Positions 1-8,846 of a stretch of DNA of 30,121 nucleotides are shown one piece after another. Numbering within the stretch: position 1 is the first letter of the stretch; the number at the start of each line of letters is the position of its first letter. Source of the DNA: a bacterium (GTDB lineage Bacteria > CALINM01). A program made the translations under genes and the position numbers. Under the pieces are notes generated by a model, which did no database searches, was not told the origin of the DNA, and saw only the letters and a program-made list of their open reading frames with translations. The stretch spans positions 8,256-38,376 of the forward strand of contig JBEQAF010000009.1 in assembly GCA_041640455.1 (NCBI GenBank), given 5' to 3'.

Positions 1-1395
1 TATTTACTTAATATCAATAAAGAAAAATATTTCGGTCCCACAGAGACAGAGATTAAGGATAACATAGGTCTTATTGAAAACTGTCTGAAATATTTTGATA
101 TAAAGGGGAGAGTTACGGAGGTACATCCAGGACCGCTCATTACCATGTATGAGTTTGTACCTGACCCAGGCACCAAGATTAGCAAGATTGTTTCTCTCGA
201 AAATGAGCTTTCCATGGCTCTAAAAGCCATATCTTTAAGAATTATTGCCCCCATTCCTGGAAAATCTTCCATAGGAATAGAGATCTCCAATAAAAAGATG
301 GCAACAGTCTATATAAGGGAGATTATTAGTTCCGAGGAGTTTTCTAATAAATATATGAGAATTCCACTTTGCATTGGAAAGGATACCACAGGAGTGCCTT
401 TTGTTGCCGATCTGGTTAAGATGCCCCATCTGCTCATTGCCGGGTCAACCGGATCAGGGAAAAGCGTGTGTATAAACGCCATGATTTTAAGCATTCTTTT
501 TAAACTCAAACCTGATGAGGCAAAATTTATTATGATAGATCCGAAGATGCTCGAGCTATCCCTTTATCAGAATATTCCTCATTTAGCCTATCCTGTGGTT
601 ACAAGTCCCGATGAGGCATCAAAGGTTTTAAAATGGGCTATAAGAGAGATGGATTTAAGGTACGAGCTTATGGCAAACAGCTCTGTTAGAAATATAGAGC
701 AGTATAATGAGAAGGTGGAAGGAAAAAATAAAAAAACTCTCTTTTCTGAAGCAGAAGAGGAGAAAAAAAAGTTGCCATACATTATAATTATTATAGATGA
801 ACTGGCAGATCTTATGATGGTATCAGCTAAAGAGGTGGAAAACTACATAACAAGGCTTGCTCAGAAAGCAAGGGCGGCTGGGATTCATCTTATTGTGGCT
901 ACCCAGAGACCGTCAGTGGACGTTATTACAGGTCTTATTAAGGCTAACTTTCCGGCAAGAATAGCCTTTAAGGTGGCAAGCAAAGTGGATTCGAGAACAA
1001 TTCTTGATGTAAATGGGGCAGAGAGTCTGCTCGGGCAGGGGGATATGCTGTTTTTAAAGCCGGGGACAAGCCAGCTAATGAGGCTTCATGGGGCTCTGGT
1101 TACCGAGCAGGAGATAATTGAAACCGTTAATTTCTGGAAATTCCAGTCCAAGCCAGAATTTATAGAAATAATTGATGAATCAGAAGAATTTTTAGAAGGG
1201 GACGAGCCATTTGATGATGAAAAATATGCTGAGGCAGTCAAAATAGTGAAGGAAACAAGGCAGGCTTCTATCTCTCATCTTCAGAGAAAGATGAGAATAG
1301 GTTATAACAGGGCTGCAAGGATGATAGAAAGAATGGAGAAGGAAGGGATCGTAAGTCCTCCTGATGGTTCTAAAGGGAGAGAAGTACTAATTTAA
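1..1395 (+). CDS. ftsK: DNA translocase FtsK, C-terminal motor and gamma domains (5'-partial)
   Basis: Frame is open from base 1 (YLLNINKEK...VHPGPLITMYE), so the gene starts upstream of the window. Motifs MPHLLIAGSTGSGKS (Walker A), MIDPKMLEL, IIIDELADLMM (Walker B), ATQRPSVDVITG and gamma-domain LQRKMRIGYNRAARMIE. Confidence 0.97.
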   Translation, partial: YLLNINKEKYFGPTETEIKDNIGLIENCLKYFDIKGRVTEVHPGPLITMYEFVPDPGTKISKIVSLENELSMALKAISLRIIAPIPGKSSIGIEISNKKMATVYIREIISSEEFSNKYMRIPLCIGKDTTGVPFVADLVKMPHLLIAGSTGSGKSVCINAMILSILFKLKPDEAKFIMIDPKMLELSLYQNIPHLAYPVVTSPDEASKVLKWAIREMDLRYELMANSSVRNIEQYNEKVEGKNKKTLFSEAEEEKKKLPYIIIIIDELADLMMVSAKEVENYITRLAQKARAAGIHLIVATQRPSVDVITGLIKANFPARIAFKVASKVDSRTILDVNGAESLLGQGDMLFLKPGTSQLMRLHGALVTEQEIIETVNFWKFQSKPEFIEIIDESEEFLEGDEPFDDEKYAEAVKIVKETRQASISHLQRKMRIGYNRAARMIERMEKEGIVSPPDGSKGREVLI

Positions 1396-1416
1396 AAAAT
1401 ATGAAAGGAGCTTAAG

Positions 1417-2133
1417 ATGAAAAGATTAATTTTTGTGTTTGTATTCTGTCTAACTTTAATTAATAATTTGTATGCACAGAAGGCTCAGGAAAAGATATCC
1501 ATCAACTCTGTTGTGGAGGGGATACAGAAGTTTTATGATACAGCTTTTGCAATAGATGCCATTTTTATCCAGGAGGCAACTATAAAAAGTGTTAATAAAG
1601 TTCAGACATCAAGAGGTAAGGTATATTTTAAAAAACCTGGCAAGATGGCATGGATTTATGAAGAGCCCACAAGGCAGAAGATTATCACTGATGGACTTAC
1701 TCTCTGGATGTATTTTCCAGAAAACAATCAGGTCATTAAAAACAGAACCAATCAGGCATTTATGTCAGAAACGCCTCAAAATTTTTTGTCAGGGCTTGGA
1801 AATATTAAGAAAGACTTTATTGTAAACTTTGTTCCGCCTGTTTTTGATACAGAGAAAAATGTGCTCCTTGAGTTCATCCCACGTACTCAGCAACAGGCAT
1901 GGACGAAAATTTTTGCTACAGCAAGACCAGTGGTTTATAATGGGCAGAACCTTTATCATATTATTCAGACAACCATTCACGACAGGTTTGGAAATCTAAA
2001 CAAGATAAGCTTTTACAATATTAATGCCTATAGTAAAGATCAGGCTTTTTCAATACCAGATTCGATTTTTGAGTTTATACCACCTGCTGGGGTCAGGATA
2101 ATTGAACCGCCAGCACAGCTTAGAGCCCAGTAG
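1417..2133 (+). CDS. lolA: Outer-membrane lipoprotein carrier LolA family protein
   Basis: Signal peptide; FIQE...SRGKVYFKKPGKMAWIYEEPTRQKIITDGLTLWMYFPENNQV and C-terminal FEFIPPAGV; canonical position after ftsK; SD AAGGAG. Confidence 0.88.
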   Translation: MKRLIFVFVFCLTLINNLYAQKAQEKISINSVVEGIQKFYDTAFAIDAIFIQEATIKSVNKVQTSRGKVYFKKPGKMAWIYEEPTRQKIITDGLTLWMYFPENNQVIKNRTNQAFMSETPQNFLSGLGNIKKDFIVNFVPPVFDTEKNVLLEFIPRTQQQAWTKIFATARPVVYNGQNLYHIIQTTIHDRFGNLNKISFYNINAYSKDQAFSIPDSIFEFIPPAGVRIIEPPAQLRAQ

Positions 2134-2149
2134 CTAATCAGGATAGCGA

Positions 2150-3442
2150 ATGTATTTCTATCTGATTAGTCTTGGCTGTGCGAAAAATCTGGTGGATTCC
2201 GAAAAAATAACGGCAGAGCTGGAAAAAAGGGGATATTATCTGACCGATAATCTTAAAAAGGCTGGGCTTGTTATTATCAATACTTGCGGATTTATAAACT
2301 CCGCCAAAGAAGAGTCTATTGATACAATTCTATCGGTTGTAAAAGATAAACCTAAAAATTCTAAACTAATAGTTTACGGCTGCCTGGTTAAAAGATATAT
2401 GGAGGAGCTTAAAAAAGAGATGCCTGAAGTCTCGGCATTTTTCAGCATCATGCCCTATGAGGAGCTGGCTGAAAGGATTTCCGATCTTTGTCCGATTAAT
2501 AAAAGATCTGAAAAGGAATCTGAAAAAAAGATATTATTTACTCCGCCGAGCTACAGCTATGTAAAAATTGCTGAAGGCTGCAGAAACTACTGTTCCTATT
2601 GTGCAATCCCCTTAATCAGAGGTTCTATAAAAAGTTTTCCTAAAGAGATTATAGTGAGGGAGGTTGAGCAAAGACTTGAAGCAGGTTACAAAGAGATTAA
2701 CCTTATAGCGCAGGATATTACATCCTATGGTATAGATATTTATGGTAAACCTTCTCTTGCTGAGCTTGTAAAGGATATTCTAAAAATCAGAAAAGATTTC
2801 TGGCTAAGACTTCTTTACCTTTTTCCTTCAAGGATTGAGAATGAGCTCATAAGCCTTATTTGCTCCGATGATAGGATAGTAAAATACCTTGACATACCTC
2901 TCCAGCATATTAATGACAGAATATTAAAGCTCATGAATCGTGATTATGGTAAAAATGATGTTTTAAAAATTATTGAAAGACTGAAAGATAGGGTTGATGG
3001 CATAACTCTTAGAAGCTCTTTTATTACAGGTTTTCCTTCAGAAACTGAGGAAGAGTTTAACGAGCTACTTGAATTTGTAAAGGCTGGCTGGCTTGACCAT
3101 CTTGGTGTCTTTGAATACTCTGAGGAAGAGGATACGAAGGCAATTAGATTGGAACCCAAAATTTCTGAACAGGTAAAGAGGAATAGAAGAGATTTAATTA
3201 TGAAAGCTCAGAAAGAGATAGAAAAGATTAAAAACAGAGAGAAAAAAGGCAAGATATTTAAATGCATTGTTGATAGTCCCTTTGATGAGATGGGTGCAGT
3301 TTATGAAGGTAGAATCTATTCACAGGCTCCAGAGATTGATGGCGTAACATATATAAAAAACTATGACCCCAGAAAAGGGCTTATGGTGGATGTAAAAATT
3401 GAAACGTTCAGAAACTATGATCTAATAGGGAGCTGTGTTTAG
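2150..3442 (+). CDS. rimO: Ribosomal protein S12 methylthiotransferase RimO
   Basis: SLGCAKNLVDSE, NTCGFI, radical-SAM EGCRNYCSYC, IAQDITSYG, YLDIPLQH, C-terminal TRAM with QAPEIDG. Confidence 0.95.
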   Translation: MYFYLISLGCAKNLVDSEKITAELEKRGYYLTDNLKKAGLVIINTCGFINSAKEESIDTILSVVKDKPKNSKLIVYGCLVKRYMEELKKEMPEVSAFFSIMPYEELAERISDLCPINKRSEKESEKKILFTPPSYSYVKIAEGCRNYCSYCAIPLIRGSIKSFPKEIIVREVEQRLEAGYKEINLIAQDITSYGIDIYGKPSLAELVKDILKIRKDFWLRLLYLFPSRIENELISLICSDDRIVKYLDIPLQHINDRILKLMNRDYGKNDVLKIIERLKDRVDGITLRSSFITGFPSETEEEFNELLEFVKAGWLDHLGVFEYSEEEDTKAIRLEPKISEQVKRNRRDLIMKAQKEIEKIKNREKKGKIFKCIVDSPFDEMGAVYEGRIYSQAPEIDGVTYIKNYDPRKGLMVDVKIETFRNYDLIGSCV

Positions 3443-4719
3443 CTCTGAGCCTCTTCTATATAAAGCTCTCCCGTGTCGTAATCGTAGGCAAAAAGCTCAG
3501 CATATCTACCCCAGTCAATGGCGATCTCAAGCTGGTTCCATGCCTCGTCTTTAGTAAAATGATTCTCCAGTATCTCAATAAAAAAATCTTCGCTCATGCG
3601 TTTTTTTTCGGTGGTCGAAAGAACCTGATGGATCTGCTTTATAAGCTGAATGTTTTTAAGCGCATTGTCTTTAAATATAACCTTTTTCTCAAGCACGTCA
3701 GATCTGGAGAACTTTTTACCTTCATCAGTAAGCCTAATCTCACCTTCCTTAACCTCCGCAAAGCCCAAAAAAACAGCAGCTTCAATTAATGGAAACACAT
3801 CATCAACCTCCAGTCCGAGATCGGATGTAATTTCAGAAATATCCACTGCCTCATCCTTTGAATAAGCGAGCTCGATAAGACCTGCAATAGCACCAACCTT
3901 TGCATGAGGTAGAAACTGGTATCTCTCCTTCCTGAGCATAAATGGCATATCTTTTTTGGGTTTTGTCAGGACTGTATATATATCGTCAACTAAAAACTTA
4001 AACTCCTTTGAGTTTTTATTTCTCATGCGTGGAATATTGATGTAAATCTCCGCTCTAATAGTTGCTGGGTTATGACTTAATATGATAGCTCTATCGGACA
4101 AAAAAACTGCCTCTTCTATGTTATGGGTAACAAAAATAACCGATTTGATGGGTAGCTTCCCCTCCGTCCAGAGGCGTGAAAGCTCGCTTCTCAGGTTGTC
4201 AGCAGTAAGAATATCAAGAGCTGAGAAGGGCTCATCCATAAAAAGTATGTCTGGCTCTACTGCTAAAGCTCTTGCAATTCCAACCCTTTGTTTCATACCA
4301 CCTGATAGCTCTCTCGGATAAGCATCTTCAAAACCGTCCAGCCCCACAAGATCTATTACTTTTAAAGCCTTGTTTCTTGCCTCCTCGCCTATGATACCTG
4401 ATGCCTTTAATCCAGTTTCTACATTTTCAAGCACAGTTAACCATGGAAAAAGAGCAAAGCTTTGAAAAACCATGCTAATTTTGGGATTTGATTCAAAAAA
4501 ATTTTTTCCGAAGTAGATAAACTCTCCTGATGTGGGCTCAATTAATCCCGCAAGAATTCTTAAAAGGGTAGATTTTCCTGCACCGGATGGTCCGAGTATA
4601 GAAACAAAGTCTCCTTCATTGACTGTAAGATTTATATCTTCCAGCACAGTTAAAAAACTTCCCTTTCTCATGGGGTAAGCTTTAGAAAGATTTTTTACCT
4701 CTAATATGGTCTTTTTCAT
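3439..4719 (-). CDS. Nitrate/sulfonate/bicarbonate-family ABC transporter ATP-binding protein with C-terminal AAA-associated extension
   Basis: Walker A GPSGAGKS, Q-loop VFQ, LSGGMKQ signature, LFMDEPFSALD, VTH; about 170-aa C-terminal extension ending IDWGRYAELFAYD. Confidence 0.9.
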   Translation of the reverse strand: MKKTILEVKNLSKAYPMRKGSFLTVLEDINLTVNEGDFVSILGPSGAGKSTLLRILAGLIEPTSGEFIYFGKNFFESNPKISMVFQSFALFPWLTVLENVETGLKASGIIGEEARNKALKVIDLVGLDGFEDAYPRELSGGMKQRVGIARALAVEPDILFMDEPFSALDILTADNLRSELSRLWTEGKLPIKSVIFVTHNIEEAVFLSDRAIILSHNPATIRAEIYINIPRMRNKNSKEFKFLVDDIYTVLTKPKKDMPFMLRKERYQFLPHAKVGAIAGLIELAYSKDEAVDISEITSDLGLEVDDVFPLIEAAVFLGFAEVKEGEIRLTDEGKKFSRSDVLEKKVIFKDNALKNIQLIKQIHQVLSTTEKKRMSEDFFIEILENHFTKDEAWNQLEIAIDWGRYAELFAYDYDTGELYIEEAQS

Positions 4720-6425
4720 TGATCTAACCTGAATTTTTCTTCAGCCAGCGTAAACAGCCGCTTCCAGACAAACCTGTTAAGCGCTACTACTATTATAGAC
4801 ATTAAAATGGTACTTGCAAGGAGAATTGGATAGTTACCAGTTGCGCTTGCTTCGCTTATAAGACTTCCTAACCCTAAGGTCTTGTGCACCTCACCACTAA
4901 ATAGGACGTATTCGGATACAATAGATGCATTCCATGCCCCCCCAGTAGCAGTTATAAGCCCTGTAATTAGATAGGGGAATATGGCTGGTAAAATTAATAT
5001 TTTCCATTTTCTAATGCCGCTAATTTTGTAAAGCTTTGCTGTATCCTTTAGATCCTGTGGTATGGAAGATGCACCAGCAATTACATTAAAAAGAATGTAC
5101 CATTGGGTTCCTAAAAGCATAAGAAATATGGAACCAAACCCAAGTCCACCACCAAACTTTATAAGAAAAAATATTATTATTGGGAAAAGAGCTGTTGCAG
5201 GAACAGAAGCGGCAATCTGAATAACCGGCTGGAGTATTCTGGCAACACCGGGCTTCATACCTATTACAACTCCTAAGGGGATTGTCCACAAAGATGCAAT
5301 AAATATGGCTGAAAAGGTTCTTAAGAATGATAAAAACCCTGCTTTTAAAAGAAGAATATAGCTATGCTTATCTATCTTTAAGAATAGACCTCCCACCTCA
5401 AATAGCCCCTTTAAAAGTATGGTGGTAATTGAAATAAAGGCTATTAAATAAAAAAAGTATGTAAAAAGCCGACCTGTTTTTTCTTTTCTTTTTTCCCTCT
5501 GCATTAACCGCTTATTAAGCCTGTCAAGATAATTATCAATCTTTTCAGTTATTTTTTCCATAATTTTAGATGATCTGAATATGTCAAGCACAAAGGACTC
5601 TTTCTCATCTTCCGCTACTATTGTATCAATTCTAAATTTCTGAGACCATGCAACCAGAGGCTTCCAAACAATCATATCGAGCAAAATTATAATAATTATC
5701 ATTACAAGCAGACCGATAAAAACTCTCTGCATATCACCGTTGTTTGCTGACATCTGGATAAACGAGCCAATGCCAGGCAGCCTGAAATCCTTTCCTTTTA
5801 CCACAAACATTTCACATGCCATAAGAAAAAACCAGCCACCGGCTACGGACATCATACTATTCCAGACCAGACCTATGGAACTGAAAGGCAGATCGAGCTT
5901 TAAAAATTTATAAAATTTGGAAAAACGGTTTATCTTTGCAACCTCTTCAAGCTCTCGAGGGATGGTGGAGATAGAGTTATAATAGCTGAAAGCCATATTC
6001 CAGACCTGTCCTGTAAAAATCAGTATAATTGATGCAAGCTCCACGCCGATTCTCTTGTTAGGGAAAAGAGATATCATGGCAAGAAGAACACCAGGGAGAA
6101 AAGAAAGTACAGGAATTGATTGCAGAATGTCCAGCAGTGAGATTAGAACAGCTTTAGTAACAGGGTTTTTTTTAGCCAGATAACCATAGGTTATTGAGAA
6201 AATAAGAGAAAGCGCATAGGCTATAAAAATTCTTGATATGGACTGCAGGATATAAAAGGGAAGATACCGGTACTCAAGACTTATGACTGCCACACTGCTA
6301 AGATCACCTTTCCACTGGTTCCCTAAAAAAAAGATAAGCCCTACAAAACTGAGTATAAAAATCCCCACAATGATGTCCGATAATCTGAATCCTATTATGG
6401 TAGGAAAGCTTATATGTGGTTTCAT
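4716..6425 (-). CDS. ABC transporter permease with two fused transmembrane domains
   Basis: 569-aa polytopic membrane protein with internal duplication (LDILQSIPVLSF / IQIAASVPATALFP; EAA-like loops IPRELEEVAK and IPQDLKDTAK); ATGA overlap with the ATPase gene. Confidence 0.9.
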   Translation of the reverse strand: MKPHISFPTIIGFRLSDIIVGIFILSFVGLIFFLGNQWKGDLSSVAVISLEYRYLPFYILQSISRIFIAYALSLIFSITYGYLAKKNPVTKAVLISLLDILQSIPVLSFLPGVLLAMISLFPNKRIGVELASIILIFTGQVWNMAFSYYNSISTIPRELEEVAKINRFSKFYKFLKLDLPFSSIGLVWNSMMSVAGGWFFLMACEMFVVKGKDFRLPGIGSFIQMSANNGDMQRVFIGLLVMIIIIILLDMIVWKPLVAWSQKFRIDTIVAEDEKESFVLDIFRSSKIMEKITEKIDNYLDRLNKRLMQREKRKEKTGRLFTYFFYLIAFISITTILLKGLFEVGGLFLKIDKHSYILLLKAGFLSFLRTFSAIFIASLWTIPLGVVIGMKPGVARILQPVIQIAASVPATALFPIIIFFLIKFGGGLGFGSIFLMLLGTQWYILFNVIAGASSIPQDLKDTAKLYKISGIRKWKILILPAIFPYLITGLITATGGAWNASIVSEYVLFSGEVHKTLGLGSLISEASATGNYPILLASTILMSIIVVALNRFVWKRLFTLAEEKFRLDQ

Positions 6426-6562
6426 GGTTTAAGAATTATACATCAAAAAAACACATTAAAAAACTGCAAAGAAGAGTTTTTTATTATCATAAAACAAATC
6501 ATTTCATTATATCGATATTTAGGTATTTGGTTAGTTTATATTAAAAAATTAAAATAAAAATA

Positions 6563-6597
6563 TTGACATTTAAAGAAATAGGCATTTAGTATATAAT
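6563..6597 (+). promoter_or_regulatory. Putative sigma70 promoter for the small protein-HDOD-GGDEF operon
   Basis: TTGACA at 6563-6568, 18 bp to TAGTAT (6587-6592); a perfect TATAAT also at 6592-6597. Confidence 0.5.
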
Positions 6598-6605
6598 CAA
6601 AAAAT

Positions 6606-6929
6606 ATGATAAAAATTGCCGTTGATAACCTTAAATCTGGTATGGTCTTAGCAAAATCAGTGGTTAACGATGTAGGGATGATGTTATTTAACAAAGGTAC
6701 CTGCTTAACCCAAACCCATATTGATAGATTAATAAACATGGGAATAAATCATGTATTTATAGAAGGCTCTGATGATAGAAAAGAACCCATAGAAAAAATT
6801 ATAGATGATATAGAAAATAGATTTCAGTTTGTTTCAAATATTCCTATTATGGTTATTGTGAAAAAAAATTTATTAAAATATGTAAGAGATGCTTATAAGA
6901 ATGATGAACATAGACCAGCTGAAGTATAA
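6606..6929 (+). CDS. Small protein resembling the N-terminal accessory domain of HD-GYP proteins
   Basis: IAVDNLKSGMVLAKSVVNDVGMMLFNKGTCLTQTHIDRLINMGINHVFIE fits the LKxGMxLA...GxxLxxxGxxLT...I.RL pattern seen N-terminal to HD-GYP domains; overlaps the next gene. Confidence 0.7.
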   Translation: MIKIAVDNLKSGMVLAKSVVNDVGMMLFNKGTCLTQTHIDRLINMGINHVFIEGSDDRKEPIEKIIDDIENRFQFVSNIPIMVIVKKNLLKYVRDAYKNDEHRPAEV

Positions 6930-7743
6930 CATAGAACAGATTGAAACATTACCAACCATACCACCAGTAATGAGAAAATTGCTTGTAGTAATTGAAAATC
7001 CCAGTGTATCTCTAACAAAGATTTGTGAGTTTATATCTAATGATCCTATTTTAACATCAAAAGTTTTAAAAATGGTTAATTCTCCTATTTATGGATTTCC
7101 TGGTAGAATTTCATCGGTTAATCAAGCACTAATTTTACTTGGTTTAAACGTAGTGAAAGGTATGCTTTTTGGTGTTTCGGTTTTTGATGCTATGAGAAAG
7201 GCAATGATAGGTTTATGGGAACACTCAGTAGGGGTTGCCATTGTTTCGCGTGTAATTGCAAAAAAATTAGATTTAAATGATGTTGAAGAGGTTTCTGTAG
7301 GTGGATTACTACATGATATTGGTAAAGTTATCTTGAGCCTCAAATATACAGAAGATTATTCTCAGGCTCTTAAAATTTCTGAAACTGATAATATCTGGAT
7401 AGGTCAGGCAGAAAAAAAGATATTTGGTATTAATCATTCTTCAGCCGGTGCCTGGATATCAGAAAAATGGCATTTCCCTAAATCTCTTATAGACATAATA
7501 AAAAATCATCATAATCCTTATAATGCTGATTTTGCACCATTGCCAACTGCTATCGTACATGTTGCTGATATTTTAGTAAGAGCAAAAGGAATTGGTTTTG
7601 CTGGAGATCCCTTTGTTTGGGAAATAAATGAAAAAGCATGGTATCAGCTTAACTTATCTGAAGAAGATTTATTTGATATATACAGAGAGCTTGATTCTGC
7701 AGCAGATGATTTAGATGATTTTTTTGAGGGAGATAAGAAATAA
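6901..7743 (+). CDS. HDOD domain signal-transduction protein
   Basis: LPTIPPV, DPILTSKVLKMVNSPIYG, LWEHS, GLLHDIGK, WHFP...HH. Start uncertain among ATGs at 6889, 6901 and 6904. Confidence 0.9.
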   Translation: MMNIDQLKYNIEQIETLPTIPPVMRKLLVVIENPSVSLTKICEFISNDPILTSKVLKMVNSPIYGFPGRISSVNQALILLGLNVVKGMLFGVSVFDAMRKAMIGLWEHSVGVAIVSRVIAKKLDLNDVEEVSVGGLLHDIGKVILSLKYTEDYSQALKISETDNIWIGQAEKKIFGINHSSAGAWISEKWHFPKSLIDIIKNHHNPYNADFAPLPTAIVHVADILVRAKGIGFAGDPFVWEINEKAWYQLNLSEEDLFDIYRELDSAADDLDDFFEGDKK

Positions 7744-8657
7744 AGAAGCTATTTGTAATCACAAATGACCTTATTATTCAATCTCAATTAAAAATTATCT
7801 TGCAAGAAAAATACAACGTTACTTTTTTTTCTCAATTTAGTCATTGTATACATGCAATTTATTCAGATACCCCAGATTTATTGATAGTAGATATTAACAA
7901 AATTACTGACAAAGAGCTATTTTTAATAGCTGAGTTTAAGAAGGATCCAGCCTATTTAAGAATCCCCATATTAATAATTACAGAAAAATATTTAAGTAAT
8001 GATTTTTCTGAGCATCTTTATTTTGATGATTTTGTATTAACAAAAAATCTTCAAAATGAGCTATTAATTAGGGCAAATATGGCTTTTTTTAAAAAAGAAA
8101 AAACAATCGATGTTAACCCTTTAACCTATCTACCAGGCAATATTACCATTTCTAAAGAGATTCAAAAAAAGCTTGATAATAACGAGATATTCGCTTTAGC
8201 TTATGTAGATATGGACAACTTTAAACCGTTTAACGATAGATATGGGTTCACGAGAGGTGATGAGGTTATAAGAATGGTGGGTAGATTGATACTTAATTTA
8301 GTAAAAACCAAATGTGGAAAAGAGGGATTTGTAGGGCATATAGGGGGAGATGATTTTGTTTTCATTGTTGACTATGATAAAGTTGAAGATGTTGGAAATG
8401 AGATAATAAATTATTTTAATTACATAATACCGACCTTCTATGATGAACCTGAAAGAAGTCTTGGCTACATAGAGTCTTTTGATAGGCAGGGTAATAAAAA
8501 CAAATTTCCTATAATGAGATTGTCTATTGGAGTGGCTCACAATAAATTTAAAAAATTTTATCACTATGGTGCCATAGCATCAGTAGCTTCAGAAATGAAA
8601 AAATATGCCAAAGCTCAAGGTGGTGGTTGTGTAAAAATAGACCGTAGAAAGATTTAA
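7740..8657 (+). CDS. REC-GGDEF (GGDDF variant) response regulator / diguanylate cyclase-like protein
   Basis: NPLTYLPGN, YVDMDNFKPFNDRYGFTRGD, GHIGGDDF; N-terminal receiver-like domain (PDLLIVD, IPILIIT). Start placed at ATA 7740 (see findings); first standard start codon is TTG 7800. Confidence 0.88.
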   Translation: MKKLFVITNDLIIQSQLKIILQEKYNVTFFSQFSHCIHAIYSDTPDLLIVDINKITDKELFLIAEFKKDPAYLRIPILIITEKYLSNDFSEHLYFDDFVLTKNLQNELLIRANMAFFKKEKTIDVNPLTYLPGNITISKEIQKKLDNNEIFALAYVDMDNFKPFNDRYGFTRGDEVIRMVGRLILNLVKTKCGKEGFVGHIGGDDFVFIVDYDKVEDVGNEIINYFNYIIPTFYDEPERSLGYIESFDRQGNKNKFPIMRLSIGVAHNKFKKFYHYGAIASVASEMKKYAKAQGGGCVKIDRRKI

Positions 8658-8741
8658 AACATTTAGATCTTACTATTCCTTTTGAAATATTAAAAATTTG
8701 TTTCTAATTTTTATTAAAATCACCTATAATACTAAGATTAA

Positions 8742-8823
8742 GCGAGGATGGCGGAACTGGCAGACGCGCTGGGCTTAGAACCCAGTGGGTAACACCGTAG
8801 GGGTTCGACTCCCCTTCCTCGCA
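8742..8823 (+). tRNA. tRNA-Leu (anticodon TAG), CCA not encoded
   Basis: Acceptor GCGAGGA/TCCTCGC plus discriminator A; anticodon stem CTGGG/CCCAG with loop CTTAGAA; long variable arm; T-arm AGGGG-TTCGACT-CCCCT. Confidence 0.97.
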
Positions 8824-8846
8824 TTTTTTAATTTCAGGAGGATTAT

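Noticed and set aside
1033..1040. KOPS-like GGGNAGGG octamers on the plus strand (1033, 20498, 23687)
   Set aside because: Three hits seen by eye in 30 kb of G-rich coding strand is near chance, and the motif is not established for this lineage.
6861..6929. A8 run as a possible slippage site fusing the small protein to HDOD
   Set aside because: The HDOD frame has TAA at 6883-6885, after the run, so a shift there cannot give a fusion.
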